From positions 1-63,346 of the forward strand of contig JAGOOP010000008.1 in assembly GCA_017992455.1 (NCBI GenBank): a stretch of DNA of 63,346 bases, given 5' to 3'. Below the pieces are notes generated by a model. It searched no databases and had not been told where the DNA came from. It saw nothing but the letters and a program-made list of their open reading frames with translations. Below, in pieces: positions 62,163-63,346 of this stretch. This DNA comes from Candidatus Omnitrophota bacterium (GTDB lineage: Bacteria; Omnitrophota; Gorgyraeia; Gygaellales; Profunditerraquicolaceae). Position numbers and translations under genes: made by a program. Each line of letters starts with the position of its first letter. Within the stretch, counting starts at the first letter, position 1.

Positions 62163-63346
62163 AACTGTCGTGCCGTATGCGGCCGTGGAATGGGTCTTGC
62201 CGGTCAAGATGACGGTGAGCGAATGGTCGGATCAGTTCCGCAGGCTCGATGTGAAGACATCGGCCGAGCCCGGGCAGTGGGCGACCGCCCGCACGCCTTA
62301 TCTTAAAGGCATCATGGACGCGTTTACGGACCCTTATGTCGATGAGATAACGGTCATGGCGGCGTCTCAGGTCGGCAAGACCGAGGCGATGTACAACATG
62401 CTTGGGTTTATCATCGATCAGGATCCGGGCCCGACACTGATGGTTTCCCCGCGCGCGGATGACGCCAAGAGCGTGTCGTATAACCGTGTCCGGCCGATGA
62501 TCGAATGCTCGCCGGTCTTGAGCAAGTACATCCCAATCAATACGGATGACATAACGAAGCTCGAATATCATTTCGACCGCATGATTCTTTACTTTGCCGG
62601 ATCCAACAGTCCGGCAGACCTTGCCTCGCGGCCGATCCGATATCTTTTCTTGGACGAGGTCGATAAGTACCCGAAGTTCTCGGGCCGGGAAGCGGACCCA
62701 ATCAAGCTGGCATCCGAGCGTCAGAAAACTTTCTGGAACAAAAAGACGGTCAAGGTTTCGACCCCGACCACGCGCGAAGGCTATATCTTTCGGGAATACG
62801 ATAAATCCGACCAGCGCAGATTTCATGTACCGTGCCCGCATTGCGGCAAGAAGCAGGTTTTACTTTTCGGGCAGATCAAATGGCCGAAAGAAGAATCATC
62901 GCCTGAGAGGATCAAGAACAACCAGTTAGCGTGGTATGAATGCGCGCATTGTAAGAAGCGTATCGATGATATCTATAAACAGAAGATGATGCTGGCGGGC
63001 GAATGGATCTCGGAGAAAGGTGAGCATAACCGCAACAGGGGTTTCTGGGTCAGTTCTTTGTATTCGCCGTGGCTCACATGGAGCGATATCGCCTCGGAGT
63101 TTCTGAAATCAAAAGACTACGTTGAACTTTTGATGAACTTCGTCAACTCGTGGCTTGCCGAGGTCTGGGAAGAGAAGATCGAGGAAACCACGGTTGATAA
63201 GGTGCGCAATCTAGCGCGCGATTACGATCAGGGCGTTGTTCCGGATGAGGTTTTGGTACTGACGGCTGGAGTGGATGTGCAGAAGGATCATTTTTATTAC
63301 GTTATTCGCGGCTGGGGATATTACGAGGAATCGTGGCTTATCCGGG
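62131..63346 (+). CDS. Terminase large subunit, GpA (lambda-like) family; 3' end outside the window
   Basis: It is not in the supplied ORF track because it has no stop in the window. The ATG at 62131 gives 'MSIKLGREIL..'. Walker A 'MAASQVGKTE', 'YLFLDEVDKY', Zn-like 'CPHCG..CAHC' and 'AGVDVQKDHFYYVIRGW' are present. Confidence 0.8.
   Translation, partial: MSIKLGREILKTVVPYAAVEWVLPVKMTVSEWSDQFRRLDVKTSAEPGQWATARTPYLKGIMDAFTDPYVDEITVMAASQVGKTEAMYNMLGFIIDQDPGPTLMVSPRADDAKSVSYNRVRPMIECSPVLSKYIPINTDDITKLEYHFDRMILYFAGSNSPADLASRPIRYLFLDEVDKYPKFSGREADPIKLASERQKTFWNKKTVKVSTPTTREGYIFREYDKSDQRRFHVPCPHCGKKQVLLFGQIKWPKEESSPERIKNNQLAWYECAHCKKRIDDIYKQKMMLAGEWISEKGEHNRNRGFWVSSLYSPWLTWSDIASEFLKSKDYVELLMNFVNSWLAEVWEEKIEETTVDKVRNLARDYDQGVVPDEVLVLTAGVDVQKDHFYYVIRGWGYYEESWLIR

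Larger units (their letters stand above)
55455..63346. mobile_element. Left part of an integrated phage-like element (prophage); the right end lies beyond the window and the left boundary is approximate
   Basis: The gene set is serine recombinase, sigma factor, putative replication initiator, ParB-methyltransferase, terS and terL. It looks lower in GC than the flanking chromosome by eye. Confidence 0.65.

Noticed and set aside
62134-62841. 235-aa minus-strand ORF at the right end of the window, and the plus-strand ORF at 62594-62929.
   Set aside because: Both overlap the open-ended plus-strand frame starting at 62131. That frame carries clear GpA-family terminase motifs (Walker A, DEVDKY, VDVQKDHFYY). 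The competing translations are Arg-rich with no motifs.

Overview
This GC-rich bacterial chromosome segment has four parts. (1) 1-32.7 kb is a co-directional housekeeping block. It holds nrnA' and ribF, then a full dcw cluster (mraZ-rsmH-ftsL-ftsI-murE-murF-mraY-murD-ftsW-murG-murC-murB-ddl-ftsQ-ftsA) in which no ftsZ follows ftsA. Next come yggS-proC-mtnP-ileS-(DksA/TraR Zn-finger)-lspA-rluD, a coiled-coil protein, aroA and mreBCD-mrdA-rodA. (2) 33-42.5 kb holds a radical SAM gene and a putative c-di-GMP-linked pilus/secretion motor module. The module comprises a HAMP-GAF-degenerate GGDEF protein, a stand-alone MshEN domain, two tandem PilB/GspE ATPases, a pseudo-receiver HD-GYP protein and PilC. 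(3) 42.5-51.3 kb is an rrn operon (16S-tRNAIle-tRNAAla-23S-5S), and it is the most unusual part of the window. It is interrupted by five apparent group I introns, one at the 3' end of 16S and four in 23S domains IV/V. Three introns carry LAGLIDADG homing-endonuclease ORFs, and two are separated by a 14-nt micro-exon. (4) 51.4-63.3 kb starts with a 1294-aa secreted repeat/TPR protein. The left end of an integrated phage-like element follows: large serine recombinase, sigma factor, putative replication initiator with internal iterons, ParB-methyltransferase, and small and large terminase. The window ends inside the large terminase gene. All calls rest on reading the sequence and the ORF translations by eye. 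No database search or folding program was run. E. coli rRNA numbering comes from remembered reference sequence and may be off by a few nucleotides.
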